A stretch of 64,000 bases of DNA from Abditibacteriaceae bacterium (GCA_965277285.1 OZ255721.1:1280001-1344000); one strand, 5' to 3'. Positions 20,681-30,616 are shown, numbered from the stretch's first letter. Notes: generated from the letters alone by a model not told the origin. Numbers and translations are program-made.

Positions 20681-21898
20681 ATGTTTCCTCGTCGCATGGT
20701 TCTCGATTTCCAAGGTCGCCGCCTTTCTGGTGCGCGGCTTTTTGCCATTTTGAATGCAAAAGACGGCGCCTGGACTTGGACCAGCGATTCGAGTACTCGA
20801 TTGCCTTTTCAAGACGGCAGCGGCGATATTTTAGGCGAATTGCAACGCGCACTTTCCTGGTGCCGCGAAAGTTTTCCAAATGGCTCCGCATTAGGTTTTC
20901 TTTCTTACGATTTGGCGCGACAAATCGAGCCGCGCGCCTTCGCAACGACCAAGCTCGATGAACTTCAAATTCCTGATGCGCGCTTGGTGTTTTACGAAGA
21001 ATTGTTGAACCAGTCGCAGCCATCCATTGAAGATGCGAACCTTTCGCAAAGTTCCGGGCGCATGGCGCGCGCTGGGACATTGAACAGCGAGAACCTGACG
21101 CCTCAATATCAAACTTCCATTGCGCAGATTTTGGAATGGATCGCGGCAGGCGATATTTATCAGGCCAATTATACGCAGCGTTTTACGCAGCCTTTGCCCT
21201 GCTCGCCCGCGCAACTTTACGAACGTTTACGCGCACAAAATCCCGCACCATTTGCGGCGTTTTTAGAATGGGACGATCTGGCGATTGTTTCCAATTCGCC
21301 GGAAAAGTTTTTGTCGCTGAAGAATCGAGTACTCGAAGCGCAGCCAATTAAAGGCACGATGCGGCGCGGACGCGATTCCCAAGAAGATGAAGCATTGAAG
21401 CGTCAACTGCAATTTTCACCCAAAGATCGCGCCGAAAATGTGATGATCGTTGACTTGTTGCGCAACGATCTGGGACGCGTTTGCGAATACGGCAGCGTTC
21501 ATGTTCCCGAACTTTTCGAGGTGCAAACGTTTCCGACGCTGCATCATCTGGTTTCCACCGTGCGCGGAACTTTGCGCGCCAATTGCGACGCGATAGATGC
21601 GATTCGCGCGTGTTTTCCGTGTGGTTCAATTACCGGCGCGCCAAAGATTCGCGCCATGCAGATTTTGGATGAACTGGAAAATGTGCGGCGCGGCGTTGCA
21701 ATGGGCGCGATTGGATACTTCGCTTTCGACGGCGACATGGAATGGAACGTGGCGATCCGCACCGTGACTTGCAAAAACGGCCACGCCTTTTTTCACGTCG
21801 GCGGTGGCATCGTGGCCGATTCCCATGCGCAAAACGAATACGAGGAAATGCAACTCAAAGCGCAAGCGATCCGGCAAGCGTTGCGTTCAACTTCTTGA
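20681..21898 (+). CDS. pabB: Aminodeoxychorismate synthase component I
   Basis: GDIYQAN, SPEKFL, PIKGT, KDRAENVMIVDLLRNDL, GSITGAPK. Confidence 0.9.
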   Translation: MFPRRMVLDFQGRRLSGARLFAILNAKDGAWTWTSDSSTRLPFQDGSGDILGELQRALSWCRESFPNGSALGFLSYDLARQIEPRAFATTKLDELQIPDARLVFYEELLNQSQPSIEDANLSQSSGRMARAGTLNSENLTPQYQTSIAQILEWIAAGDIYQANYTQRFTQPLPCSPAQLYERLRAQNPAPFAAFLEWDDLAIVSNSPEKFLSLKNRVLEAQPIKGTMRRGRDSQEDEALKRQLQFSPKDRAENVMIVDLLRNDLGRVCEYGSVHVPELFEVQTFPTLHHLVSTVRGTLRANCDAIDAIRACFPCGSITGAPKIRAMQILDELENVRRGVAMGAIGYFAFDGDMEWNVAIRTVTCKNGHAFFHVGGGIVADSHAQNEYEEMQLKAQAIRQALRSTS

Positions 21899-22032
21899 TA
21901 TGTAGAAGCCTTTTGGGTCGTATGCTCTTCACTGGCACTCCATTCAGGAGGACAGATGGAACAAACCACATATTCACTACCTGCACGCAGAATGTCCTGA
22001 ATGACAAACTCTTAGACGCATTAAGAATCGAT

Positions 22033-23148
22033 TTAGGGTGATTCGCCAGCAAGACGGAAGTTTAAATCGTGAGGGGTTGACAAGCATTCATTCAGGACTT
22101 GCTGAAAAGGCAGGCGTGCAGCAGCTTCGACAGCCTTCTCTCTATGAAAGGCCCGTTCAAATTCTAAAACCACCTGTTTCTCATCCACAAGTACTGGCGT
22201 GCTATCTTGGAGATATGCAACAGCCGTCACGCCGATTTTTCTTTTAACTCTTGCAAGAACAGTTGGCCACAACTCCACTAATTCTTCCAGGTTGTTTATC
22301 TTTCTCCCTCGGCTTTTTGATGTTTTTTGTCCGATTGTCATTTCAACACCAGATAATTCATCAAAAACTTGCGAATTCAACTCGTCCCTTATCTCAATAA
22401 TTTTTTGTTCAATCCATAAAGACGGCATTATATTTTGAGCGGCAGCAATGATTTCAGCATCCGCAGCTCCGGATTTAATCCTGTTCCGTATGGCATCTTC
22501 TAACGCTTGTGCAGTTTTAGAAGTTAGTCTTTTTTCCAATGCTAACGATGCGGCACTTTGCGTGCTAACAGCAAAAGACTGGCTTCTGTCCTGAGTTCGA
22601 ACAATCTCCAATATCTCCTGCAAAATTTCACTATCTGAACGTGTAGATGCCACGACTGCGCTTGGTTGCGCAGCTATCTTTTGTAGTTGTTCCTCCAGTT
22701 CCGACCACAATTTATCGAACAAGCTATTAAGAATCGTCTCGGAAGGCCCGCGTTCTCCCTCTTCTTGAACGGCGGAGTTAATAGTGTGCACGAGTTTACG
22801 AATATCGTCTTTTGCTCTTGTAGTGTGCTGAAAACTTCCGAGCGGCGGTTGAACATCCGCAGGTTTAATATCCAAAAGCAAAGTCCAAACGTAGGCGTCT
22901 TTAGTTTTCGAGAGGGCACCCGCTTCGAAATGAATCCATGTGGATTCTAAATTGTCTCGAGTGAGACAAATGACTCCGAATCTTGATTCTTCCAGTTGAT
23001 TTGAGATTTCAGAACTCCAACGTCGACCTTTATCGATGTCAACTGAAATCCAAGGATCAACTGCTTGGATGATCTGAGGAATCCAATTCTTCAATGTCTC
23101 AGCTACAGCTTTGCTTTTTATGCCTGACCAACTGAGAAAAATCTTCAT
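22033..23148 (-). CDS. TIR-domain protein with C-terminal DnaX-C/DnaA-N-like domain
   Basis: MKIFLSWSG, DPWIS..DIDKGRRW, WIHFEAGAL (catalytic-type Glu); C-terminal WPTVLARVK...LQDSTP...VVLEFERAFHREK; visibly AT-richer than flanks. Confidence 0.8.
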   Translation of the reverse strand: MKIFLSWSGIKSKAVAETLKNWIPQIIQAVDPWISVDIDKGRRWSSEISNQLEESRFGVICLTRDNLESTWIHFEAGALSKTKDAYVWTLLLDIKPADVQPPLGSFQHTTRAKDDIRKLVHTINSAVQEEGERGPSETILNSLFDKLWSELEEQLQKIAAQPSAVVASTRSDSEILQEILEIVRTQDRSQSFAVSTQSAASLALEKRLTSKTAQALEDAIRNRIKSGAADAEIIAAAQNIMPSLWIEQKIIEIRDELNSQVFDELSGVEMTIGQKTSKSRGRKINNLEELVELWPTVLARVKRKIGVTAVAYLQDSTPVLVDEKQVVLEFERAFHREKAVEAAARLPFQQVLNECLSTPHDLNFRLAGESP

Positions 23149-23180
23149 AATACACTCCATTTTATCTCATAGTTCTCGAA

Positions 23181-23221
23181 AAAAAGAATCGAGTACTCAG
23201 ATTGAGTACTCGATTCTTTTT
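23181..23221 (-). terminator. tmRNA terminator built from two partial TCGAGTACTC motifs
   Basis: AAAAAGAATCGAGTACTCA-GAT-TGAGTACTCGATTCTTTTT immediately 3' of ssrA. Confidence 0.8.
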
Positions 23222-23224
23222 CGA

Positions 23225-23580
23225 TGGAGGCGCGGAGAATCGAACTCCGGTCCGCAAAGCGAAACACACAGGCGTCTACAGGTTTAGACGGACTTTAATT
23301 TAAGCGCTGCGCCATCGGTCTGTCAGCGAAAGCGAGCGCCGATTTCGTATCATTGCCAGTTCAATCCGAAGAACGAACAAACTTCTTCATGAACATCCGT
23401 TTAGATGATGTCAAGTGAAACCAACGGACAAATTTTCACAAGACATGGCCGCCTTAGGCAGCCAGAGCCAGGGGTTCCTGGTATGTGTTGGCAGTTAAAT
23501 GTTTTGAGCTGTTTAACGAGTCTGCCCAACTCGACCTGCGACCCATGCTTTCAGGCTCCACGTCGAAACCTGTCGCCCCC
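23225..23580 (-). ncRNA. ssrA: tmRNA
   Basis: 5' GGGGGCGACAGGTTTCGAC; 3' T-arm GGAGTTCGATTCTCC plus CGCCTCCA with G3-U alanine pair; resume context TAACT-GCC; tag ANTYQEPLALAA* (23492-23454); CCA not encoded. Confidence 0.95.
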
Positions 23581-24141
23581 AAAGTAACTACTTAAAAGAT
23601 GTTGGAAGACGACGATTATTCTAACACGTTCCACGCCACCAATTCAGCTCTTGCAGCACAAAATAGAAAATCGAGTACGCGAATGTTCGCCTGAAAAACA
23701 AAACCCGATTTCCATGGTTTTGTTATAATTTCTCTACTGCAAGCCGCGTAGCCCTTTGCCGTTCCCCGCTGCCGGACGCTTTGCGAATTGTGAACCCGAC
23801 GTTTGCGCCTGACCTTTCGTCGTTTCTGCGAACGTCCTCTTCCCTTAAGATGAACGCCTTTCTCGAAAAATTCGTGTTCGCCCTGCTCGCTTTGTTACTT
23901 TTAGCGAGTTTTGGTGCTGCCGATTTTTCACTGTTGCGCGAGTTTTTACTCTTCGCGCCGTTTGCTCCTCTTTTCATCCTTCGCTTTCGCGCGTTTCCGT
24001 CCGCGAACGCGCCTGTAACGCTCTCGGCGAGACTTTCGAGTACTCGAACATCGGGCGACGGGCGTTTTCTGCGACTTGCAGCCAACATCACAGCCTTTCA
24101 CTGGAACGAAGCTTGTTCCCGTGAAACATCAGGAGACGCCC

Positions 24142-25722
24142 GTGCAACCCACCACACTTTTTCTTATTCTCGGAGCCTTGATCGTCGGAATCGCCGGAAC
24201 TTACTTCTTCCTTTCCTCGCAACAGAAAGCTCTTTCCTCCAAAACCGAAGACGCTTTACGCGCTGCACAACAACGCGCCGATGAAGCGCGACGCCAGGGC
24301 GAAACCGCGACCAGCCAACTGGAAGCGCGCCACAAAGAACTTCAACTTGAAGCGCGCGACGAAGTGCAACGCGAAGTCGCGCGCCTACGCGAAACCATCG
24401 AGCGCGAAACACAGGAACGCCGCACCGAAGTCAAAGACCTGGAAAAACGCGTGCGCGACCGCGAACTGCAAGTCGATGGACGCGCTCGCAACCTTGATCG
24501 CCGCGAAAAAGCCATCGAAGCGCGCGACGCCGAATCTCTCACCAAACTTTCGGACGCCGAACGAGTACTCGAACAACAAAAACACGAACTCGAACGCGTC
24601 GCAGGCCTTCCACAAAACGAAGCGCGCGAGATTTTGCTGCAACGCGTCGAGCAAGAAGCGCGCGATGAAATGAATCATGTCGTGCGGCGCATCGAAGAAC
24701 AAATGCGCGAAGACGCCGAAAAGAACGCGCGCAAAGTCCTTTCCCTCGCCATCCAACGCTGCGCCGTCGATCAAACCGCCGAGACTTCGGTTTCCGTCGT
24801 GCCACTTCCAAGCGACGATCTCAAAGGTCGCATTATCGGGCGCGAAGGCCGCAACATTCGCACTTTCGAGCAATTGTCCGGCTGCGATCTCATCATTGAC
24901 GACACGCCCGAAGCGGTTGTGATTTCCTGTTTCGAGCCGATGCGCCGCGAAATCGGTCGCGTTGCCTTGACCAATTTGGTGACGGACGGGCGCATTCATC
25001 CAGCGCGCATCGAAGATATGCTGGAAAAAGCGCAGGCCGAAGTGCAGCAGAAAATGCGCGACGCAGCGGAAAAAGCCACCACCGAAGCGGGCGTTCGCCT
25101 ATCGAAACCCGTACTCGAAGTCTTTGGGCGCTTGCTTTATCGCACCTCTTACGGTCAGAACATTCTGAAACACAGCGTCGAAGTTTCGGCTTTGGCTGGC
25201 ATGGTCGCGGCGGAAATCGGCGCCGACGTTCAAGTCGCCAAGCGCGCCGGTTTACTGCACGACATCGGCAAGGCGCTCGACCACGAATACGAAGGCACGC
25301 ACGTCGAACTGGGCGAAGAAATCATGCGCCGCAACAAGGAAAGCGAAGCCGTCATTATCGCCGCCTGCGAACATCACATGGATGTCGGCGCGATGAGTTC
25401 AGTCGAAAGCGTCATCGTTCAAATCGCGGACGCGATTTCTTCAGCGCGTCCTGGCGCACGGCGCGAAAACGTCGAGACTTACGTGAAACGCTTGCAGAAC
25501 CTGGAGAAAATCGCGGATAGTTTCGAGGGCGTCGAAAAAGCCTTTGCGATTCAAGCCGGACGCGAAGTTCGCATTATCGTGCGCCCCGACCGCGTGGACG
25601 ACTTGCTATCGCTCAGAATGGCGCGCGATGTGGCACAACGCATCCAAGACGAAATGACCTATCCCGGCGAAATCAAAGTTACCGTGATTCGAGAAACACG
25701 CTCCGTCGATTACGCACGATAA
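24142..25722 (+). CDS. rny: Ribonuclease Y
   Basis: N-terminal TM, coiled coil, KH domain KGRIIGREGRNIR, HD domain LLHDIGK, AIQAGREVR; GTG start with AGGAG. Confidence 0.95.
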   Translation: MQPTTLFLILGALIVGIAGTYFFLSSQQKALSSKTEDALRAAQQRADEARRQGETATSQLEARHKELQLEARDEVQREVARLRETIERETQERRTEVKDLEKRVRDRELQVDGRARNLDRREKAIEARDAESLTKLSDAERVLEQQKHELERVAGLPQNEAREILLQRVEQEARDEMNHVVRRIEEQMREDAEKNARKVLSLAIQRCAVDQTAETSVSVVPLPSDDLKGRIIGREGRNIRTFEQLSGCDLIIDDTPEAVVISCFEPMRREIGRVALTNLVTDGRIHPARIEDMLEKAQAEVQQKMRDAAEKATTEAGVRLSKPVLEVFGRLLYRTSYGQNILKHSVEVSALAGMVAAEIGADVQVAKRAGLLHDIGKALDHEYEGTHVELGEEIMRRNKESEAVIIAACEHHMDVGAMSSVESVIVQIADAISSARPGARRENVETYVKRLQNLEKIADSFEGVEKAFAIQAGREVRIIVRPDRVDDLLSLRMARDVAQRIQDEMTYPGEIKVTVIRETRSVDYAR

Positions 25723-25724
25723 GA

Positions 25725-25806
25725 AGTGATTGGTTGTCAGTGTTCGGTAATCAGAATCCGCTTCCGGGACTCGATTCTGACGACCGAACTCTGACAACCG
25801 ATCACT
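25725..25806. repeat. Imperfect palindrome between rny and spoVS
   Basis: AGTGATTGGTTGTCAG...CTGACAACCGATCACT. Confidence 0.6.
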
Positions 25807-25843
25807 GATTTGCCGCCTTCATCACAACAGGAATCTCACTTTT

Positions 25844-26110
25844 ATGGAAACATTGCGCGTGTCGTCTAAAAGCAAGCCGAACACCGTCGCGGGCGCGATT
25901 GCCGGCGTGGTGCGCGACAAAGGCGAAGTCGAAGTGCAAACCGTCGGCGCAGGCGCACTCAATCAGGCGATGAAAGCGATTGCGATTGCGCGCGGTTTCC
26001 TGATTTCGGGCGGCATTGATCTGGTTTGCACACCTTCGTTTTCCGATATTCTCATTGAAGGCAACGAACGCACCGCGATTCGCTTGCACGTTTTTCCGAA
26101 AAATCGCTGA
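25844..26110 (+). CDS. spoVS: SpoVS family protein
   Basis: LRVSSKSKPNTVAGAIA...VGAGALNQAMKAIAIARGF. Confidence 0.93.
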   Translation: METLRVSSKSKPNTVAGAIAGVVRDKGEVEVQTVGAGALNQAMKAIAIARGFLISGGIDLVCTPSFSDILIEGNERTAIRLHVFPKNR

Positions 26111-26138
26111 AATACGAATATCGAGTGCTGGATTTGGC

Positions 26139-26248
26139 AACGAACCCGAAGCGTAAGCGATGGGTCTTCTGTTCAATAACAGTTTGTGCGTGCGACGAAC
26201 TCAAACGCATTTCGATGGAAGACCCGTCGCTTACGCTTCGGGTTCGTT
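26139..26248. repeat. Family C REP-like palindrome
   Basis: AACGAACCCGAAGCGTAAGCGATGGGTCTTC...GAAGACCCGTCGCTTACGCTTCGGGTTCGTT. Confidence 0.8.
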
Positions 26249-26264
26249 ACGAAAATTTAATATT

Positions 26265-27182
26265 ATGAACGAAGTTTTGGTTGTGGGTTCGGTCGCATTG
26301 GACAGTTTGGAAACGCCATCTGGCACAGTCGAAAATGCGTTAGGTGGCGCGGCGACTTATGGCTCGGTTGCGGCCAGTTTGTTCGCGCCGGTTCATCTGG
26401 TTGGCGTCGTGGGCGATGATTTTCCCGAAGAACATCTCGCGTTTCTCAAATCGCGCCACATTGATCTGGCGGGCTTGCAAGTTATTCAAGGTGGCAAAAC
26501 GTTTCGCTGGAAAGGCGATTATCTGGGCGATTTGAACCAGGCCGTAACGCACGACACGCAGTTGGGCGTCTTCGAGCATTTCGAGCCGACTTTACCCGAA
26601 CATTATCGGGACGCGCAATTCGTTTTTCTGGCGAACATTCATCCCGCTTTGCAATATCGAGTACTCGAACAAGTGCAAAACCCGCGTTTGGTGGTCTGCG
26701 ACACCATGAACTTGTGGATCAATCTAGCGCGCGACGATGTTTGGAAAGTTTTCAGTCGCGCCACAATTGCAGTTCTCAACGATGGCGAAGCGCGACTTTT
26801 GACCGAAGAAGAAAACCTAATTCGCGCCGGTCAGAAAATCCTCAAAAGCGGCCCGCAACACGTCATTATCAAAAAAGGTGAGCATGGCGCAATGCTTTTT
26901 TCGCACGATCAATCGCACAACGAAGTTTTCATCGCGCCCAGTTATCCTTTGGCCGAAGTCGTTGATCCAACGGGCGCAGGCGACAGTTTCGCGGGCGCAC
27001 TCATCGGTTATCTGGCGAAAACGGATAATTTGTCGCGCGGAAATCTGCGCCGTGCGGTGGTTTATGGCGGCGTTGTCGCTTCGACGACGGTGCAAGATTT
27101 TTCGCTTGGCGCGCTTCGAGTACTCGATATGCAAGAAGTCGAGCGGCGCTACCAAGCGGTCAAAAACATGAGCGCGTTTTGA
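26265..27182 (+). CDS. PfkB-family carbohydrate kinase
   Basis: VGSVALD, GGAATY, VGDDF, DPTGAGDSFAG. Confidence 0.9.
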   Translation: MNEVLVVGSVALDSLETPSGTVENALGGAATYGSVAASLFAPVHLVGVVGDDFPEEHLAFLKSRHIDLAGLQVIQGGKTFRWKGDYLGDLNQAVTHDTQLGVFEHFEPTLPEHYRDAQFVFLANIHPALQYRVLEQVQNPRLVVCDTMNLWINLARDDVWKVFSRATIAVLNDGEARLLTEEENLIRAGQKILKSGPQHVIIKKGEHGAMLFSHDQSHNEVFIAPSYPLAEVVDPTGAGDSFAGALIGYLAKTDNLSRGNLRRAVVYGGVVASTTVQDFSLGALRVLDMQEVERRYQAVKNMSAF

Positions 27183-27297
27183 AATGCAATTGACGTACTG
27201 CGATCGAGCGGCGAACGCTTTTAAAACACGGTGCGCAAAACCTGAACAGAAGAAGCAAAGCGCGTGGCTAACCACCGCGCGCTTTTTCCTGCTCCTC

Positions 27298-27326
27298 TTG
27301 CACTACTAAGATTTTAGATGTAGTAT
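27298..27326 (+). promoter_or_regulatory. Putative sigma70 promoter with overlapping imperfect palindrome (candidate PadR operator)
   Basis: TTGCAC-N17-TAGTAT; ACTAC...GTAGT dyad overlapping it, just upstream of padR. Confidence 0.45.
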
Positions 27327-27347
27327 TAAAGAAGTGAGGTGAACGAC

Positions 27348-27686
27348 ATGGCGCGTGAAGTGTCTCGAGGCGACATCGGGAGTTTGGTGCTGGCGGTTTT
27401 GGCGGGTGGCAAGTGTCACGGCTACGCTTTGGCGCGCGAGGTGGAGCGTCGTTCGGCGGACGCTTTGAAATTGCGCGAAGGCTCGCTGTATCCGGCGCTG
27501 CGGGTTCTGGAAGCCGACGATCTCATTTCGGGCGTGTGGGAAGAAGGCGCGGGCGGGCCGTCGCGCCGCGTGTACTCGATTACGTCGAAAGGACAGGCCG
27601 AATTGGAAAAGCGCGGGCGCGAATGGCGAGCGTATGTCGAGGCGGTCGGAGCAATCTTAGGAGGAGCGCATGGACAAGAAGCTTGA
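27348..27686 (+). CDS. PadR-family transcriptional regulator
   Basis: HGYAL, EGSLYPALRVLE, RRVYSITSKG. Confidence 0.9.
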   Translation: MAREVSRGDIGSLVLAVLAGGKCHGYALAREVERRSADALKLREGSLYPALRVLEADDLISGVWEEGAGGPSRRVYSITSKGQAELEKRGREWRAYVEAVGAILGGAHGQEA

Positions 27687-28314
27687 AACGTATTTGCAAA
27701 CGGTTGAATCGGAATTGGGCGAGATGCGCGCAGCACGGCGCGAAGGCGAGTTGCGCGAAATGCGGCAGCACCTCGAAGCCATCGTCGCGCGCCTGACAGA
27801 AGGCGGCTTGAGCCAGGAAGAGGCGACCGAAGCCGCGATTGCGCAGTTCGGCGAGGCGCGGCAAGTCGGGCGCGAGTTGAAGAAAGTAGGAAATCGAAAA
27901 GAGTCTCTGCTGCGAACAATGGCGGCACCATTGGGCGGCGCGCTGTGCTATGTGATTTTAAGCCCTTGGATATCTATAATTGACGAGTTCATTACCAGGC
28001 TGACGGGTGTGGAACCGTGGCGACACAGTCCCATAGGTGTTTTTCTGCTGATCTGGCCTGTTGCGTTGGCCTCGGGCGCTGTGTCCGGCTTTATCTCGCC
28101 TAGTTGGGGTGCAAAGCTTGTGCTGGGTCTGACAGGCCTGTTGCTGGTTCTGATTGGAGTCGGTACGTGGTTTTCTTCGCCCATAACGAGTCAGCTTTTT
28201 TGGTCGGAGGCCACGCTTCCGGCGCTGCTTCTCAGCCACGTCTCAGGCATTTTGCTGGGCGCACGTTGGGCCAGTAGGCTCTCGCGAAGAAAGGCGCAAA
28301 GACAATTGGCTTGA
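27670..28314 (+). CDS. HAAS/permease-prefix domain membrane protein
   Basis: LETYL...ELREMRQHLE...EEATEAAIAQFGEARQVGREL then TM helices; translationally coupled to PadR. Confidence 0.8.
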   Translation: MDKKLETYLQTVESELGEMRAARREGELREMRQHLEAIVARLTEGGLSQEEATEAAIAQFGEARQVGRELKKVGNRKESLLRTMAAPLGGALCYVILSPWISIIDEFITRLTGVEPWRHSPIGVFLLIWPVALASGAVSGFISPSWGAKLVLGLTGLLLVLIGVGTWFSSPITSQLFWSEATLPALLLSHVSGILLGARWASRLSRRKAQRQLA

Positions 28315-28515
28315 TACGCCATTATAGACATCCGGCGAGTTGCACGAGCTAACGTGAGCCAACACGATCATAAGCCAGCGAACGAAAGGCAGCGAACAAA
28401 TAACTGTTCGCTGCCTTTTCTTCTTGTGCCAGGAGTGAAGTGAGAAGAATTTCTTACAACCTCCGTACCGCATGATTTTCGGCTTCTGTCCCTCCGCTTA
28501 TCGAGTACTCGATTT

Positions 28516-29379
28516 TCACTTGCTCGTTGTGCGGCTTGGGTGCAGCAACGGATACAGCGTTTGCCAGCCGCGTTCCAGGCCTTCATCGAAACGTTCACCC
28601 TCATAAATCGGGTCTTCGTGTTCAATCGCCATACCGCCCTCGTAGCCGATTTCATCGAGCGCGGCGATGAAGTGCGTCCAGTTGATTTCGCCGTAGCCCG
28701 GAATGCGAAAGCGAAAAATGTCGCCCGTGATGCCGCCTCGATAGCGCGCTTCGGGCATCATTTCGGTATCTTTGGCGTGGACGTGATAAACGCGATCTTT
28801 GTATTCTTTCAGGGCACGAATGTGGTCGATGCCTTGCCAATACAAGTGCGACGGATCGAATTCAATTCCCAGAGCTTTCGACGGAACGAGTTTGAACCAG
28901 GCGTCCCACACATCGGGGCAACCGCCGAAATTGATCGGTTTGTGCGGCAAGCGCCCGTGAACGCTCATCCAGTTTTCAAAGGCTATGCACATTCCGCGAC
29001 GCTCGGCTTCTTCGGCGACCGGGCCAAAACGGTCGGCCCACAATTGAAGATTGGTATCCCAATTTTGGCTGGAATCGAAGCCGCTCATGCTGGAGATGAC
29101 GCGCACGCCCAGCTTTTCCGCTGCATCGAAAGCGCGTATATAAGCGGGCAGAACATTGTTTTCTTGCGGTGAGGAAAACGCCGCGCTGTAAGCCGCCAGA
29201 GCGGTGATTGCGATGTCGTTTTCTTTGCACAACTGCGCCGCCTGCTCGATTTTTTCGGCATCGAGTACTCGATCTTCAGCTTTGCCAAAAGCGCCCGTGC
29301 CCAGTTCCACGGCATCGAATCCCAAGCGTTTCGCTTTGGTGATGTCTTCAATCTTCCCCGTCAAAAAGCCCAGTTTCAT
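28516..29379 (-). CDS. Sugar phosphate isomerase/epimerase (TIM barrel)
   Basis: GFDAVEL, IAFEN, EFDPSH, HVHAKD, IEHED. Confidence 0.88.
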   Translation of the reverse strand: MKLGFLTGKIEDITKAKRLGFDAVELGTGAFGKAEDRVLDAEKIEQAAQLCKENDIAITALAAYSAAFSSPQENNVLPAYIRAFDAAEKLGVRVISSMSGFDSSQNWDTNLQLWADRFGPVAEEAERRGMCIAFENWMSVHGRLPHKPINFGGCPDVWDAWFKLVPSKALGIEFDPSHLYWQGIDHIRALKEYKDRVYHVHAKDTEMMPEARYRGGITGDIFRFRIPGYGEINWTHFIAALDEIGYEGGMAIEHEDPIYEGERFDEGLERGWQTLYPLLHPSRTTSK

Positions 29380-29538
29380 CGTTACTCCATTCCTTTGTCC
29401 GGCTAAATATTTCACAACTATTTTACAAATGCCTCAGCCAATTGCGCACGGTTGGTTGAAGATATTTTCTCTCAGCATTTAGGAAACCGTTTGTCGATGT
29501 CATAAAACACAAGCCATCTCACAATGTATTTAGTGCCC

Positions 29539-29628
29539 GAAAATAGCAGTTTGTCATTCTGAGCGCAGCGAAGAATCTAACTTCAACCAGATTCTTCGTT
29601 GCGCTCAGAATGACAAACTGCTATTTTC
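29539..29628. repeat. Family A palindrome
   Basis: GAAAATAGCAGTTTGTCATTCTGAGCGCAGCGAAGAATCT...AGATTCTTCGTTGCGCTCAGAATGACAAACTGCTATTTTC. Confidence 0.85.
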
Positions 29629-29653
29629 ATGTTTTTCCCTTAGCTGGTGGCTT

Positions 29654-30598
29654 CTAACCTGTCACATCGTCTTCAGTTTTTTCTTTCATAGGAACACGCA
29701 CTTTCAAGGCCCGCGGCACGATCTCGCAGACCAGAGGCGTTTGCATTTCGACAACTTCACCATCGACTTGCAAATCGAGCGGCGGATCGCTGCGGATTTC
29801 GATGCGTTTCGCTTGGTAAAAAGAAACCGCGCGCTCGTGGCGAATATCGCCGAAAAACGTGCTCCACACCAAGCGAAACACATCGCGCAGAAAAAAGCGA
29901 TGCAGAATGCAAACGTCCAGCAAGCCGTCGTCCATTTTCGCGTCCGGCGCAAACTTCATTTTGCCGCCGATTTCGCCCGCATTGGCAATGACAATCGCCA
30001 CACCGCGCTTGCGCCGACTACTCTTCCCGTCGCACTTGAGCGTGAAAGTGACAGGACGCGCGCCCAATTCTTTCAACATCGCCAAGACGTAAGCCGCTTT
30101 TCCCAGCGTTTCTTTTTGCTCCGTACTCGCCTGCGAAACCAGGCGTTCGGTCAAGCCCAGGCCGACGCCGAGCGCAAAGAAATGCGGACCGCAGCGTCCC
30201 AAATCAATGACTTTGTTTTCGCCCGCGACAGCAATCGCAATCGCTTCTTCCACATCGTGCGGAATATCGAGCGCGGCGGCCAGCAAATTCGCGGTTCCGC
30301 CGGGCACAATCGACAAAACTGGCGCCTCGTTATCTTCCGCCGCTTGCCCTTCTTTTTGCATCTCGCGCGCCAGGCCATTGACGACCGACATCACGGTTCC
30401 GTCACCGCCGCACACGAGAATGTGTTTGGCGTCATCGCAATAAGCGCGGCGCGCCAGTTCGTCGCCTGCAACATCGGGCTGCGTTTCTATCATCGAGTAC
30501 TCGATGCCGCGCGCACGAAGCGCTTCTTCGATTTGCGCGCGAAAATCGTCGTCCGACGAGCCGGATTTGGGATTAAGAATGACAATGGTTTGGTTCAT
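29654..30598 (-). CDS. Diacylglycerol/lipid kinase family protein (YegS/DgkB-like)
   Basis: ILNPKSG, GGDGTV, PGGTANLLA, DDGLLDV, QVDGE. Confidence 0.9.
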   Translation of the reverse strand: MNQTIVILNPKSGSSDDDFRAQIEEALRARGIEYSMIETQPDVAGDELARRAYCDDAKHILVCGGDGTVMSVVNGLAREMQKEGQAAEDNEAPVLSIVPGGTANLLAAALDIPHDVEEAIAIAVAGENKVIDLGRCGPHFFALGVGLGLTERLVSQASTEQKETLGKAAYVLAMLKELGARPVTFTLKCDGKSSRRKRGVAIVIANAGEIGGKMKFAPDAKMDDGLLDVCILHRFFLRDVFRLVWSTFFGDIRHERAVSFYQAKRIEIRSDPPLDLQVDGEVVEMQTPLVCEIVPRALKVRVPMKEKTEDDVTG

Positions 30599-30616
30599 GT
30601 TGCCTTTGGCGTTGAA

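Noticed and set aside
21899..23225. Integrated prophage or genomic island at ssrA
   Set aside because: No integrase and no duplicated tmRNA 3' end (att) found in the window; only a single AT-rich gene.
23723..24284. ORFs 23723-24091 (-) and 23781-24284 (+) between ssrA and rny
   Set aside because: Low-complexity, no motifs, overlapping rny or its leader; cannot be supported as genes.
29741..30616. N-terminal part of the 417-aa ORF 29741-30994
   Set aside because: Antisense to the lipid kinase gene; only the portion from about 30617 is plausible.
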